This document shows, in pieces, positions 1 through 7,469 of a stretch of 17,004 nucleotides of DNA. This stretch comes from an uncultured Acidobacteriota bacterium (lineage in GTDB: Bacteria > Acidobacteriota > Polarisedimenticolia > J045). Under the pieces are notes generated by a model. It ran no database searches. It saw only the letters and a program-made list of their open reading frames with translations, and was not told the origin of the DNA. The translations under genes and the position numbers were made by a program. The stretch covers positions 1 to 17,004 of the forward strand of contig CAVPCQ010000027.1 in the NCBI GenBank assembly GCA_963702425.1, read 5' to 3'. Within the stretch, counting starts at the first letter, position 1. The number at the start of each line of letters is the position of its first letter.

Positions 1-1
1 C

Positions 2-958
2 TCACGATCCCGCGCAGAGCGCGCGGACCTGCTCCGCGTTGCGCAGCACGCCGACGTAATAGCCCATCAACGTCCGCGCGAAGGCCTGCTCGCCGGCGGG
101 GACGAGCGGCCCGGCGTCGCGCAGCCAGCCGTCGATGCAGGCCTCCCCTGCCGCGTCGGACGCGGCGCAGGCCAGCAGGCGGTCGAACGCCTTCCGGTAG
201 CGCTCGAAGCCGGCCCGGTCCAGCGGCGCGCCGTGCCCCGGAACGAGCAGCTTGAAGTCCACCTGCGCGAGGCGGCCGAGCGCGGCCTTCCAGCCGCTCG
301 GGCAGGCGGTGTCGAACAGCGGGACCGGCAGCGTCACGAGGTCGCCGGCCACCAGCACGCGGCTCACCGGATCGAAGACCCAGACGTCGCCGGCCGTGAC
401 CGCCGGCCCCTCGAGCCCGACGACCAGGCGCCGCCCCGCGATCGTCCGCTCTCCCGCCGCGCGCACGACCTCGTCCGGCCCCAGCGCCGCACCGGCGTCG
501 AGCAGCGCCAGCTCCGCCCGGAACGGCTCCTGCGCCTTCGCGTCGGGCGTCTCGGCGATCAACTGCTCGAGCTGCCTGCGGTAGCGCGCGAGGAACCCGG
601 TCCGCGCCCCCTCGAACGCGGCGCTGCCGTAGACCGTCAGCCCGGGATAGGCGTTCTTCAGCCGCGGGTTGCCGCCGATGTGATCGAGGTGCCAGTGGGT
701 GTTGACGACCGCCACCACCGGCCGGCCCGTCGCCTCGGCGGCCTCCAGGATCGAGCGCGCGTGCTCCGGGTGCCGCCCGGTGTCGATCACGATCAGCCCG
801 CCGGTTGCGACGATGAGGACGGAGTTCCCGTCGGGCTGCCGGCCGGGGACGAAGGCGCCCGGGACGAGCTGGATTCCGGGAGCGATCTCCGTCGCTGCGG
901 GGCTGAGCGGCGCATGCGCGAAGGCCACGAGCAGCGCGGCGACCGCGAGGCGGGTCAT
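2..958 (-). CDS. Secreted MBL-fold metallo-hydrolase (318 aa)
   Basis: ATG at 958 with GGAGGTG upstream. N-terminal signal peptide MTRLAVAALLVAFAHA. MBL motifs IDTG, THWHLDHIGGN (HxHxDH), AGDLV and VPGHG. Stop TGA at 2-4. The track's extension to 1660 is antisense to the next gene. Confidence 0.9.
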   Translation of the reverse strand: MTRLAVAALLVAFAHAPLSPAATEIAPGIQLVPGAFVPGRQPDGNSVLIVATGGLIVIDTGRHPEHARSILEAAEATGRPVVAVVNTHWHLDHIGGNPRLKNAYPGLTVYGSAAFEGARTGFLARYRRQLEQLIAETPDAKAQEPFRAELALLDAGAALGPDEVVRAAGERTIAGRRLVVGLEGPAVTAGDVWVFDPVSRVLVAGDLVTLPVPLFDTACPSGWKAALGRLAQVDFKLLVPGHGAPLDRAGFERYRKAFDRLLACAASDAAGEACIDGWLRDAGPLVPAGEQAFARTLMGYYVGVLRNAEQVRALCAGS

Positions 959-1131
959 CGGCGTCACCTCCGGCGGAGAGCCTGGCCGATCCGGCGACCG
1001 GCGTGAACACTCTCCCGCCGAGCGGTCGCACGGCGGAAACAGGCGGCGCCCGCCGGGCCGGCCGGAGAATGCGGGACGGAATCGGGCACGATCGGGCCCC
1101 GCGGACCCCATATTCGCACCACCGGCGCGTA

Positions 1132-1137
1132 TAGAAT
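1132..1137 (+). promoter_or_regulatory. Possible sigma70 -10 element (TAGAAT) for the OMP/DUF299 operon
   Basis: AT-rich TATAGAAT island about 30 nt upstream of the 1169 ATG in a GC-rich intergenic region. No convincing -35. Confidence 0.4.
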
Positions 1138-1168
1138 CGCACCGCGCCATTCCCGAGAAGGAGCTCGC

Positions 1169-1822
1169 ATGACGCGTCGCCTCGCCCTCTCCCTCGTTGC
1201 CGGCCTGCTCGTCGCCGGCGCCGCGCTCCCCGCCATCGCCGGCAACAACGTCGAGCTCACGCCGATCGTCGGCTACCGCTACGGCGGCTCCGCCCGCGAG
1301 ACCTCGACCGGCATCGAGGCCAACATTCAGGGCTCGCTGGTCTACGGCCTGATCCTCGACATCAAGGCCCGCGAGGACGGGCAGTACGAGTTCATCTATA
1401 CCCACCAGTCGACCGACCTCGACCTGCAGGACGGCTACGTGCCGTTCTACGAGGAGCCGGTGAAGATCGACACCGGCCTCACGATCGACACGATCCAGGC
1501 CGGCGGGTTGCTGTTCCTGAGCCCCAATCCCAGGGCGCGGCCGTACATCGTGCTGACCCTCGGCGCCTCGCTGATCAGCCCGCAGGACCCCGACCTCTCC
1601 GGCGGCACCTTCTTCTCGGGCTCGTTCGGGGGCGGCTACAAGCTCTACCCCTCCGAGCACGTCGGCGTCCGGCTCGAGCTGCGCGGCTACGGCACGTTCG
1701 CCTCCGACAGCTCGGAGATCGCCTGCGGCAGCGGCGGCGGCGGCGGGGTCTGCTTCGTCGGCGCCAGCGGGACCGCGATCTGGCAGATCGAAGCCAGCGT
1801 CGGCCTGGTGCTGCGCTTCTGA
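1169..1822 (+). CDS. Outer-membrane beta-barrel protein (8-stranded OmpA/OmpW-like, porin-family type)
   Basis: RBS GAAGGAG, signal peptide, alternating amphipathic beta-strands (VELTPIVGYRYG, VGVRLELRGY, WQIEASVGLVLRF) and a C-terminal Phe (BAM signal). Cys pair CGSGGGGGVC in the last loop. Confidence 0.85.
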   Translation: MTRRLALSLVAGLLVAGAALPAIAGNNVELTPIVGYRYGGSARETSTGIEANIQGSLVYGLILDIKAREDGQYEFIYTHQSTDLDLQDGYVPFYEEPVKIDTGLTIDTIQAGGLLFLSPNPRARPYIVLTLGASLISPQDPDLSGGTFFSGSFGGGYKLYPSEHVGVRLELRGYGTFASDSSEIACGSGGGGGVCFVGASGTAIWQIEASVGLVLRF

Positions 1823-1829
1823 GTGCGCC

Positions 1830-2681
1830 GTGAGCGAGCGCCCGTTCCGCCAGCGGCACGTCTTCGCGGTCAGCGACGCGACCGGCGCGACCTGCGAGAT
1901 CGTGGTCCAGGCCGCGCTCTCCCAGTTCCAGGCGACCGAGGTGCTGCTCGAGCGGGTGCCGTTCGTCAGGACCGCCTCGCAGATCGACGGGGTGCTCGAG
2001 CGCGCGGCGGCCGCAAACGCCGTCGTCGTCTACACGATGGTGCTGCCGGAGCTGCGGGAGGAGATGCTCGAGGGCGGGCGGCGGCTCGGGGTGCCGACGG
2101 TGGACATCCTCGGCCCGATCCTGACCCGGCTCTCCGACCACCTCGAGATCTCGCCACTCTCGCAGCCGGGGCTGCTGAGGCACCTCGACCGCGACTACTT
2201 CCGGCGGATCGAGTCGGTCGAGTACACGATCCAGCACGACGACGGCCAGCGGCCCGACACGCTCGGCGGGGCGGAGATCGTGCTGGTCGGCGTGTCGCGC
2301 ACCTCGAAGTCCCCGGTCAGCCTCTACCTCTCGCTGCGCGGCTGGAAGGTCGCGAACGTCCCGCTGGTCGCCGGCGTCGAGCCGCCGCCCGAGCTGTTCG
2401 ACGTCGATCCGCGGCGGGTGCTGGGCTTCACGATCGACCCCGGGTTCCTGCGGCTGGTCCGCGAGGAGCGGGCGCGGCACCTCGGCCTGACCGCGCGGGA
2501 CGCCTACGTCGACGAGGAATCGATCCGCGCCGAGCTGCGGGCCGCCGAGCGGCTCTGTCACCAGCAGGGCTGGACCGTCCTGAACGTGACCGCGAAGGCG
2601 ATCGAGGAGACCGCGTCGGAGGTGATGGCGACGATCCACGCCCGGACCGGCGAGCGGAAGGAGCCGGGGGGCCCGGACTAG
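1830..2681 (+). CDS. ppsR: Pyruvate dikinase regulatory kinase/pyrophosphorylase (DUF299; PDRP-like subfamily)
   Basis: SDATGAT, YFRRIESVEYTIQHDDG, GVSRTSKSP P-loop, ANVPL and NVTAKAIEETA are DUF299 hallmarks. SRTSK rather than SRCGK favours the PPDK-regulator subfamily. Starts 7 nt after the OMP stop. Confidence 0.92.
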   Translation: MSERPFRQRHVFAVSDATGATCEIVVQAALSQFQATEVLLERVPFVRTASQIDGVLERAAAANAVVVYTMVLPELREEMLEGGRRLGVPTVDILGPILTRLSDHLEISPLSQPGLLRHLDRDYFRRIESVEYTIQHDDGQRPDTLGGAEIVLVGVSRTSKSPVSLYLSLRGWKVANVPLVAGVEPPPELFDVDPRRVLGFTIDPGFLRLVREERARHLGLTARDAYVDEESIRAELRAAERLCHQQGWTVLNVTAKAIEETASEVMATIHARTGERKEPGGPD

Positions 2682-2839
2682 CCCCGGGGGCCGGACCAGC
2701 CCGGGGCGCGGGCATCTCCCGGGGCCGCGAGCCGGCCACGGGCCGTGGCGTGCGCCCCGACGGGTCCGCCCCTAAACTGCCTCGTTCGCAGCGGGCGCCC
2801 GGTCGGTAGGGCCGCCCGCACCCTCAAGGAGATCGACTC

Positions 2840-3601
2840 ATGCTCTCGACCCGCTCCGTACCCGTCCGCCCCGCCCTCTTCGCACTGCTGGCGCTGTCCG
2901 CCGTCGCCGTCGGCTGCGGCAAGCAGGGCGGTGACGCACCCCCTGCGGCCTCGAACCCGGCGTCGTCCCCGGCCGCACAGCCGGCGCATCCGCCCGCCGG
3001 AGGCGAGGGCCAGATGATGGGTGGGCCCCCGGCCGCGCTGCCCGAGGGGCACCCGCCACTGGACGCGATGGGAGGCGCGCCGGGCACGATGGCCACACCG
3101 CAACTCGCCCCGCCCGCGCCCGGCACGGGCACGGGCCACGCCGGGCTGACCTGGGCGGCGCCGGGTGACTGGGAGTCGCAGGTCCCCTCGTCGGCGATGC
3201 GGCGTGCGCAGTACCGGGTGCCCGGCCCGGGCGGCGACGGCGAGTGCGTCGTCTTCTATTTCGGCCCCGGCGAAGGGGGCGACCCGAAGTCCAACGCCCT
3301 GCGCTGGGCCTCGCAGTTCCAGCCGGCGGGCGGGATGTCGCCCGAGCAGGCGCTGAAGATGGGCGAGCTGAAGGTGGGAGAGATCCCGGTCATGACGGTC
3401 GAGGTGGCCGGCACCTACACGGGCGGCGGGGCGATGATGGGCGGCCCGTCCACGCCGAAGGCGGACTACATGCTGCTGGGTGCGGTGGCGGAGGGTCCGG
3501 ACGCCAACTGGTTCTTCAAGTTCACCGGTCCGGCGAAGACGATCGAGGCGCAGCGCGCCGCGTTCGGCGAGCTGCTGAAGTCGCTCAAGAAAGGGGCCTG
3601 A
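2840..3601 (+). CDS. Lipoprotein of unknown function with Pro/Ala/Met-rich linker and conserved-looking C-terminal domain
   Basis: RBS AAGGAG, lipobox AVAVG-C, low-complexity linker containing LPEGHPP, and a globular C-domain (MRRAQY, NALRWASQF, WFFKFTGP). Confidence 0.8.
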   Translation: MLSTRSVPVRPALFALLALSAVAVGCGKQGGDAPPAASNPASSPAAQPAHPPAGGEGQMMGGPPAALPEGHPPLDAMGGAPGTMATPQLAPPAPGTGTGHAGLTWAAPGDWESQVPSSAMRRAQYRVPGPGGDGECVVFYFGPGEGGDPKSNALRWASQFQPAGGMSPEQALKMGELKVGEIPVMTVEVAGTYTGGGAMMGGPSTPKADYMLLGAVAEGPDANWFFKFTGPAKTIEAQRAAFGELLKSLKKGA

Positions 3602-3697
3602 CCGGCCCCCAGAACCGGCTCTCGCCCGGGACGCCGGAAGGCCGTCCGGCACCCCGCCGACGGCGTCTCGCTTCTTCACCGGACCGTCGCACTGGTC

Positions 3698-3715
3698 GTG
3701 ACAGGGCCGTGACGG
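3698..3715. promoter_or_regulatory. PHO-box-like direct repeat upstream of olsB
   Basis: GTGACAG (3698-3704) and GTGACGG (3709-3715) with an 11-bp period. The reverse complement CCGTCAC-N4-CTGTCAC resembles the PhoB/OmpR-family box. Confidence 0.35.
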
Positions 3716-3817
3716 TGCAGTGGTGAGATGCCGCCGCGACGCGGGATTCCCGGGCAGTCGATCGCGGACCCGGTCTGGTAAGCTGACGGGCGAGGTGTCC
3801 GCCCGGCGCAGGAGAGC

Positions 3818-4606
3818 GTGATGAGCCTTCCCGTGGTGAGCACGGAGATACGGGGGTTGCGGTCGGAGCGGCCGGTCAGCCACCTTTCCGTCTTCCTCGC
3901 CGCCACTGCCGCCGAGATCGAGTCCGCGCTGGCCCTGCGCTACGAGATCTTCGCCCACGAGTTCGGGGCCGACGTCTCGGGCCCCCGTCCGGGGATCGAC
4001 GAGGACGAGTTCGATCCGCACTGCGGCCACCTGCTCGTGACCGACGATGACCTGGGCGAAGTGGTCGGCACCTACCGGATCCTGACGCCGGAGGGGGCGG
4101 CCGCCGCCGGCCGCTACTACTCGCAGGGGGAGTTCAACCTGTCGACGGTCATCCGGCCGGGACGCCGCGTGCTCGAGGTCGGCCGCTCCTGCGTCCACCG
4201 CGACTACCGCCACGGCGGGGTGATCGCCCTGCTCTGGTCCGGGATCGGCGCGGCGCTGCCGATGTACCGGATCGACTACCTGATGGGCTGCGCCTCGGTC
4301 CACGACGAGGACGGCGCCCGGGTCGGGGCGCTCTACACCCGCCTCGCCGAGCGCCACCTCGCGCCGGAAAAGGACCGGGTGCGGCCGCTTCGGCCGCTGC
4401 CAGGCTTCGATCCGGCGAGCGGTGCCGAGCCGGCCGAGCTACCGGCCCTGCTCAAGGGTTACCTCCGGGCCGGCGCGACGATCGGCGGCGAGCCCTGCTG
4501 GGACCCCGCCTTCCACACCGCCGACTTCTTCATCTGGCTCGCCGCGCGAGCAATCACCGCGCGTTACCGGCGGCGCTTCACCGAGAAGCCGCGACCGATC
4601 GACTGA
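3818..4606 (+). CDS. olsB: GNAT N-acyltransferase, ornithine/amino-lipid N-acyltransferase OlsB-like
   Basis: LRYEIF, DEFDPHCGHLLV, VGTYR, YYSQGEF, EVGRSCVHRDYRHG, YLMGCAS and LPALLKGYLRAGATIGGEPCWDPAFHTAD match the OlsB family. RBS AGGAG. Directly followed by an HX4D acyltransferase. Confidence 0.8.
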   Translation: MMSLPVVSTEIRGLRSERPVSHLSVFLAATAAEIESALALRYEIFAHEFGADVSGPRPGIDEDEFDPHCGHLLVTDDDLGEVVGTYRILTPEGAAAAGRYYSQGEFNLSTVIRPGRRVLEVGRSCVHRDYRHGGVIALLWSGIGAALPMYRIDYLMGCASVHDEDGARVGALYTRLAERHLAPEKDRVRPLRPLPGFDPASGAEPAELPALLKGYLRAGATIGGEPCWDPAFHTADFFIWLAARAITARYRRRFTEKPRPID

Positions 4607-5440
4607 TTGAGCCCTCCCACGCCACGATCCGGACGCGACCCGCGCGGAGGGTTCTTCGCCCGCGCCAGCCGTCGCGCCTGGCGCTCGGCGCGCCTGGTCT
4701 GGCTGATCCTGCTCGCGCTCTGGACCTGCTGGAATGTGCGTCGGGTCTGGAAGCGGCAGCCGCGGGAGATCGCCGAGCAGTGGGCGGAGGCGAAGCAGAC
4801 CTGGTTCTTCAACCGGATGCTCGACGTCTTCCACCTCAAGGTGACGCGACGAGGGGACCCCGCTCGCCCGCGGCCACCTCGCCGCCGCGAACCACGTCGC
4901 GCTGCTCGACATCCCGGCGATGTCCGCGGCCCACCGCGGGCTCTTCGTCGCCAAGGCCCAGATCGCGGAGTGGCCGATCCTCGGGTACATCATCGCGTCG
5001 GCCGGGACGATCTTCATCGCCCGCGAGCGGGCGCGCGACAGCCTGTCGGCCCTCTCCCAGATGGAGCGGGCGATCCATGGCGGGCGGCGCGTGCTGTTCT
5101 TCCCCGAGGGAACGACCAGCCCGGGCGATCGCGTGCGCCGCTTCCACACCAGCCTGTTCGCCGCGGCCTGCCGCCTCGGCGTCCCGGTGCAGCCGGTCGC
5201 GCTCTTCTACGAGGACCTGGTGGACCCTCGAAGCCGAATCGCGCGGTCCCGTTCATCGGTGACCAGGACGTCGTCCGGAACCTCTGGGCGCTGTTCGCCG
5301 AGCCCGAGATCCGGGTCAGGGTCGCCTACCTCGAGCCGGTGATCCCCGGCGACGACCGGCGGGAACTGGCGGACCAGGTGCGCCAGGCGATCGCGACGCG
5401 GCTCGGCGTACCACTGGAAGAGAACGCGCCGCCGAGCTGA
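4607..5440 (+). CDS. olsA: Lyso-(ornithine)lipid O-acyltransferase OlsA/PlsC-like, with two compensating frameshifts (~4849 and ~5226)
   Basis: The N-terminus (4607-~4848) and C-terminus (~5228-5440, PFIGDQ...IRVRVAYLEP) are in one frame. The catalytic core NHVALLD (HX4D), FVAK, WPILG, GTIFIARE, FFPEGTTS and VQPVAL is in the next frame (~4851-5227). Either sequencing errors or a pseudogene. Confidence 0.75.
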   Translation: MSPPTPRSGRDPRGGFFARASRRAWRSARLVWLILLALWTCWNVRRVWKRQPREIAEQWAEAKQTWFFNRMLDVFHLKVTRRGDPARPRPPRRREPRRAARHPGDVRGPPRALRRQGPDRGVADPRVHHRVGRDDLHRPRAGARQPVGPLPDGAGDPWRAARAVLPRGNDQPGRSRAPLPHQPVRRGLPPRRPGAAGRALLRGPGGPSKPNRAVPFIGDQDVVRNLWALFAEPEIRVRVAYLEPVIPGDDRRELADQVRQAIATRLGVPLEENAPPS

Positions 5441-5449
5441 CGCGGCGCG

Positions 5450-5644
5450 CTACCGGCCGTGAGCGTGATCGTGGCCGCCGTGGCCGTGATCGGCGCCGTG
5501 ACCATGGTGGTGAAGCTCGATCGGTTCGGGCGGTGCAGGGTTCCACGCCGGATTCGTCGCCTGCCAGAACGCGTACCCGATGACCGCCATCCCCCAGATC
5601 ACCAGAAACCCGATCGCCCACTGAAAGACCGTCTCCGCGCTCAC
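5450..5644 (-). CDS. Small single-pass membrane protein with His-rich C-terminal tail (64 aa; alternative start 5710)
   Basis: GTG at 5644 preceded by GAGGAGGAG. Sequence MSAETVFQWAIGFLVIWGMAVIGYAFWQATNPAWNPAPPEPIELHHHGHGADHGHGGHDHAHGR has a clean TM helix and GC3-rich codons. Stop TAG at 5450-5452. Confidence 0.65.
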   Translation of the reverse strand: MSAETVFQWAIGFLVIWGMAVIGYAFWQATNPAWNPAPPEPIELHHHGHGADHGHGGHDHAHGR

Positions 5645-5703
5645 CGGCTCCTCCTCGACCTCGCGGCCGTCCGCGCCGGGAGGCGGGACGGCCGGGTCGG
5701 ATG

Positions 5704-6639
5704 TTACCACTCCGCCGGCTTCCCTCCGCGGCGCCGCTCGCGTCCCACGACCGCGGTCGCCCAGTCGCTCACGATCACGTAACCGCAGCGCTGGTAGATC
5801 TCCGTCGCGCGCCGGTTGCGGCGGTGCACGTAGAGGCACGGCAGCCGCCCCTCTCCGCGGGCCAGCGCGTCGAGCTCGAGCATCAGCCGCGTGGCCAGGC
5901 CGAGGCCGCGCCGGCGCTCGACGGTGTAGACCCCCTCGATCAGCCAGCACTGCTCGGAGACGAGCGGCACCTCGGCCTTGGCCACCCGTTCGCCGCCGAG
6001 TTCGCCAACGAACGCCCGGCCGCAGCGCACCAGCTCGGCGAAGTACCGCTCGTAGCCGGCGGCGTTGCGCGCGACCTGGTCGACGCCGAGGTCCTCGTGG
6101 CACATCGCGGAGTGTGTCGTGAGCAGCCAGTCGAGTTCGTCGGGAAGCGCGCGACGGACCCGGAAGGGGGCGTCGAGCGCGCGGACCGCCGGCACCACGG
6201 CCTCACGGCAGAGCATCATCTGCTGGCGCCGGATCTCGACCAGCTGGGCACCGTGCGGCTCGCAGCACTTGGCCACCTGCTCGACCGTCGCCTCGAGCCC
6301 GAAGAGCACCTCCTGCGGCCAGGCCGCCTGGGCCACGAGGCGGGCCAGCACGGCCGGGACGCGGGGGTCGTCGACGTACCCCGCGTCGAGCGCCCAGGCG
6401 GTACCCCGCCAGCGGATCACGATCCCGGCCAGCCGCGCGCCGTCGAGCAGGGCCCAGGTCTCCTGCTCGGGTTCGACGGGGCCGGCCAGGTGCGCGCCGA
6501 CGTGGACGTTGACGGCCGGGGACGCCGCGACGATGGCCCGCGCCGCCTCGCGGTGCGCGCGTTCGGCCGGCACGAGGCGCAGCCGGCCCGCCGGCGTACC
6601 GCGCCCGACCCACCGCGAGAGCACTCCGGGCCCGACCAT
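5704..6639 (-). CDS. GNAT-family acetyltransferase (N-terminal degenerate GNAT domain plus C-terminal FR47-like domain)
   Basis: IEGVYTVERRRGLGLA (acetyl-CoA motif A) and LYVHRRNRRATEIYQRCGY (motif B). ATG at 6639 with GAGG upstream; GTG at 6678 is an alternative start. Confidence 0.8.
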   Translation of the reverse strand: MVGPGVLSRWVGRGTPAGRLRLVPAERAHREAARAIVAASPAVNVHVGAHLAGPVEPEQETWALLDGARLAGIVIRWRGTAWALDAGYVDDPRVPAVLARLVAQAAWPQEVLFGLEATVEQVAKCCEPHGAQLVEIRRQQMMLCREAVVPAVRALDAPFRVRRALPDELDWLLTTHSAMCHEDLGVDQVARNAAGYERYFAELVRCGRAFVGELGGERVAKAEVPLVSEQCWLIEGVYTVERRRGLGLATRLMLELDALARGEGRLPCLYVHRRNRRATEIYQRCGYVIVSDWATAVVGRERRRGGKPAEW

Positions 6640-6709
6640 CCGCGCCTCAGCTCCGTCCGTACATTCGATGCACAGCACCTCCGGCGCTGGCGCGGCGCCG
6701 CTCTCCGGC

Positions 6710-7315
6710 TCAGCAGCGGCGCAGCACGCCGCGCACGACGCCGCGCACGGCGAGCTTGTCGAGCGGCAGGACGACCGGTTCCGCCCGCCGCACGCCGTTG
6801 TGGACGCGCGCCGCGGCGCCGTCGACCTCGATCCGTCGCACGGCGGCGTCGTCGCCGGCGACCAGCGCCAGCACGACCCGGCCCGACTCGGCCGACCAGC
6901 GTTCTTCGATCACGACATAGTCGCCGTCGCGGATCTGCTCGTCGATCAGCGCGTCGCCGTCGACGCGCATCGCGAACATTCGCCCGCGACCGACCATCCA
7001 GCACGGCACCTCGAGTCGCGACGGATCCTCCGGGACCTCGTGCGCGCGGGCTCCCGCACCGACGTGCCCGAGGACGGGGACCTCGGCGGCCCGTGGCGCA
7101 TCGTCCTCGCGCACCACCTCGAGCGAGCGGTTCTGGTTCCAGACCCGCCGCAGCAGTCCCTTCTGGACGAGGTTCGTGACGTGCTTGTGAACGGTCGCCA
7201 CGGAGGACAGGCCGAAGTGGTGACCGATCTCCTCGAGGCTCGGCGAGTAGCCCTGCCGCTCGATGAACTCCTGCACGAAGTCGAGAATCTGTTTCTGCCT
7301 GCGGGTCAGCCCCAT
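6710..7315 (-). CDS. lexA: LexA-family transcriptional repressor with degenerate peptidase S24 active site
   Basis: LTRRQKQILDF..GYSPSLEEIGHHFGLSSVATVHKH is a LexA winged HTH. VPVLGHVGAG is the Ala-Gly cleavage loop. RVDGDAL and DAAVRR align with the GDSM and ATVKR motifs but lack Ser and Lys. Confidence 0.9.
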   Translation of the reverse strand: MGLTRRQKQILDFVQEFIERQGYSPSLEEIGHHFGLSSVATVHKHVTNLVQKGLLRRVWNQNRSLEVVREDDAPRAAEVPVLGHVGAGARAHEVPEDPSRLEVPCWMVGRGRMFAMRVDGDALIDEQIRDGDYVVIEERWSAESGRVVLALVAGDDAAVRRIEVDGAAARVHNGVRRAEPVVLPLDKLAVRGVVRGVLRRC

Positions 7316-7348
7316 CGGGTCCCCTTCCCGGGCGCATCCGGCCGCCAG

Positions 7349-7357
7349 ATTCTAGCA
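7349..7357 (-). promoter_or_regulatory. Extended -10 promoter element (TGcTAGAAT) for lexA
   Basis: The reverse complement of 7349-7357 is TGCTAGAAT, 33 nt upstream of the lexA ATG. Confidence 0.6.
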
Positions 7358-7366
7358 AACGGAGGG

Positions 7367-7404
7367 CGAAAGCCGGGTGCAGAAAATTAGCGACCCGGTT
7401 TTCG
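7367..7404. promoter_or_regulatory. Imperfect inverted repeat, candidate operator between lexA and the HEAT gene
   Basis: CGAAAGCCGGGT-N14-ACCCGGTTTTCG, with 11 of 12 positions complementary and an AT-rich spacer. Overlaps the expected -35 position of lexA. Confidence 0.45.
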
Positions 7405-7469
7405 AGGTAAGCGCGCGCCCGTCGGCATTTGCGGGGGTCCGGGTGCTCTGCTACGGTGCCGGCAGGTCG

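Noticed and set aside
2664-2712. Two to three degenerate ~18-bp tandem repeats (CCGGGGG.CCGGAC.AGC) across the DUF299 stop codon
   Set aside because: Short, degenerate and without spacers, so not CRISPR. Probably a local duplication in GC-rich sequence.
2745-2820. Possible fluoride-type riboswitch (CGCC..TAAAC) before the lipoprotein
   Set aside because: It lacks the GGxGAUG 5' strand and the UGAUGAC-type 3' element. TAAACT is better explained as a -10 hexamer.
4841-4870. Programmed ribosomal frameshifting in olsA
   Set aside because: There is no canonical slippery heptamer, and two opposite shifts would be needed. Indel error or mutation is simpler.
6647-6682. 8-codon mini-ORF (VHRMYGRS) behind GGAGG between lexA and the GNAT
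   Set aside because: The SD spacing is only 4 nt and there is no other support. It cannot be distinguished from chance.
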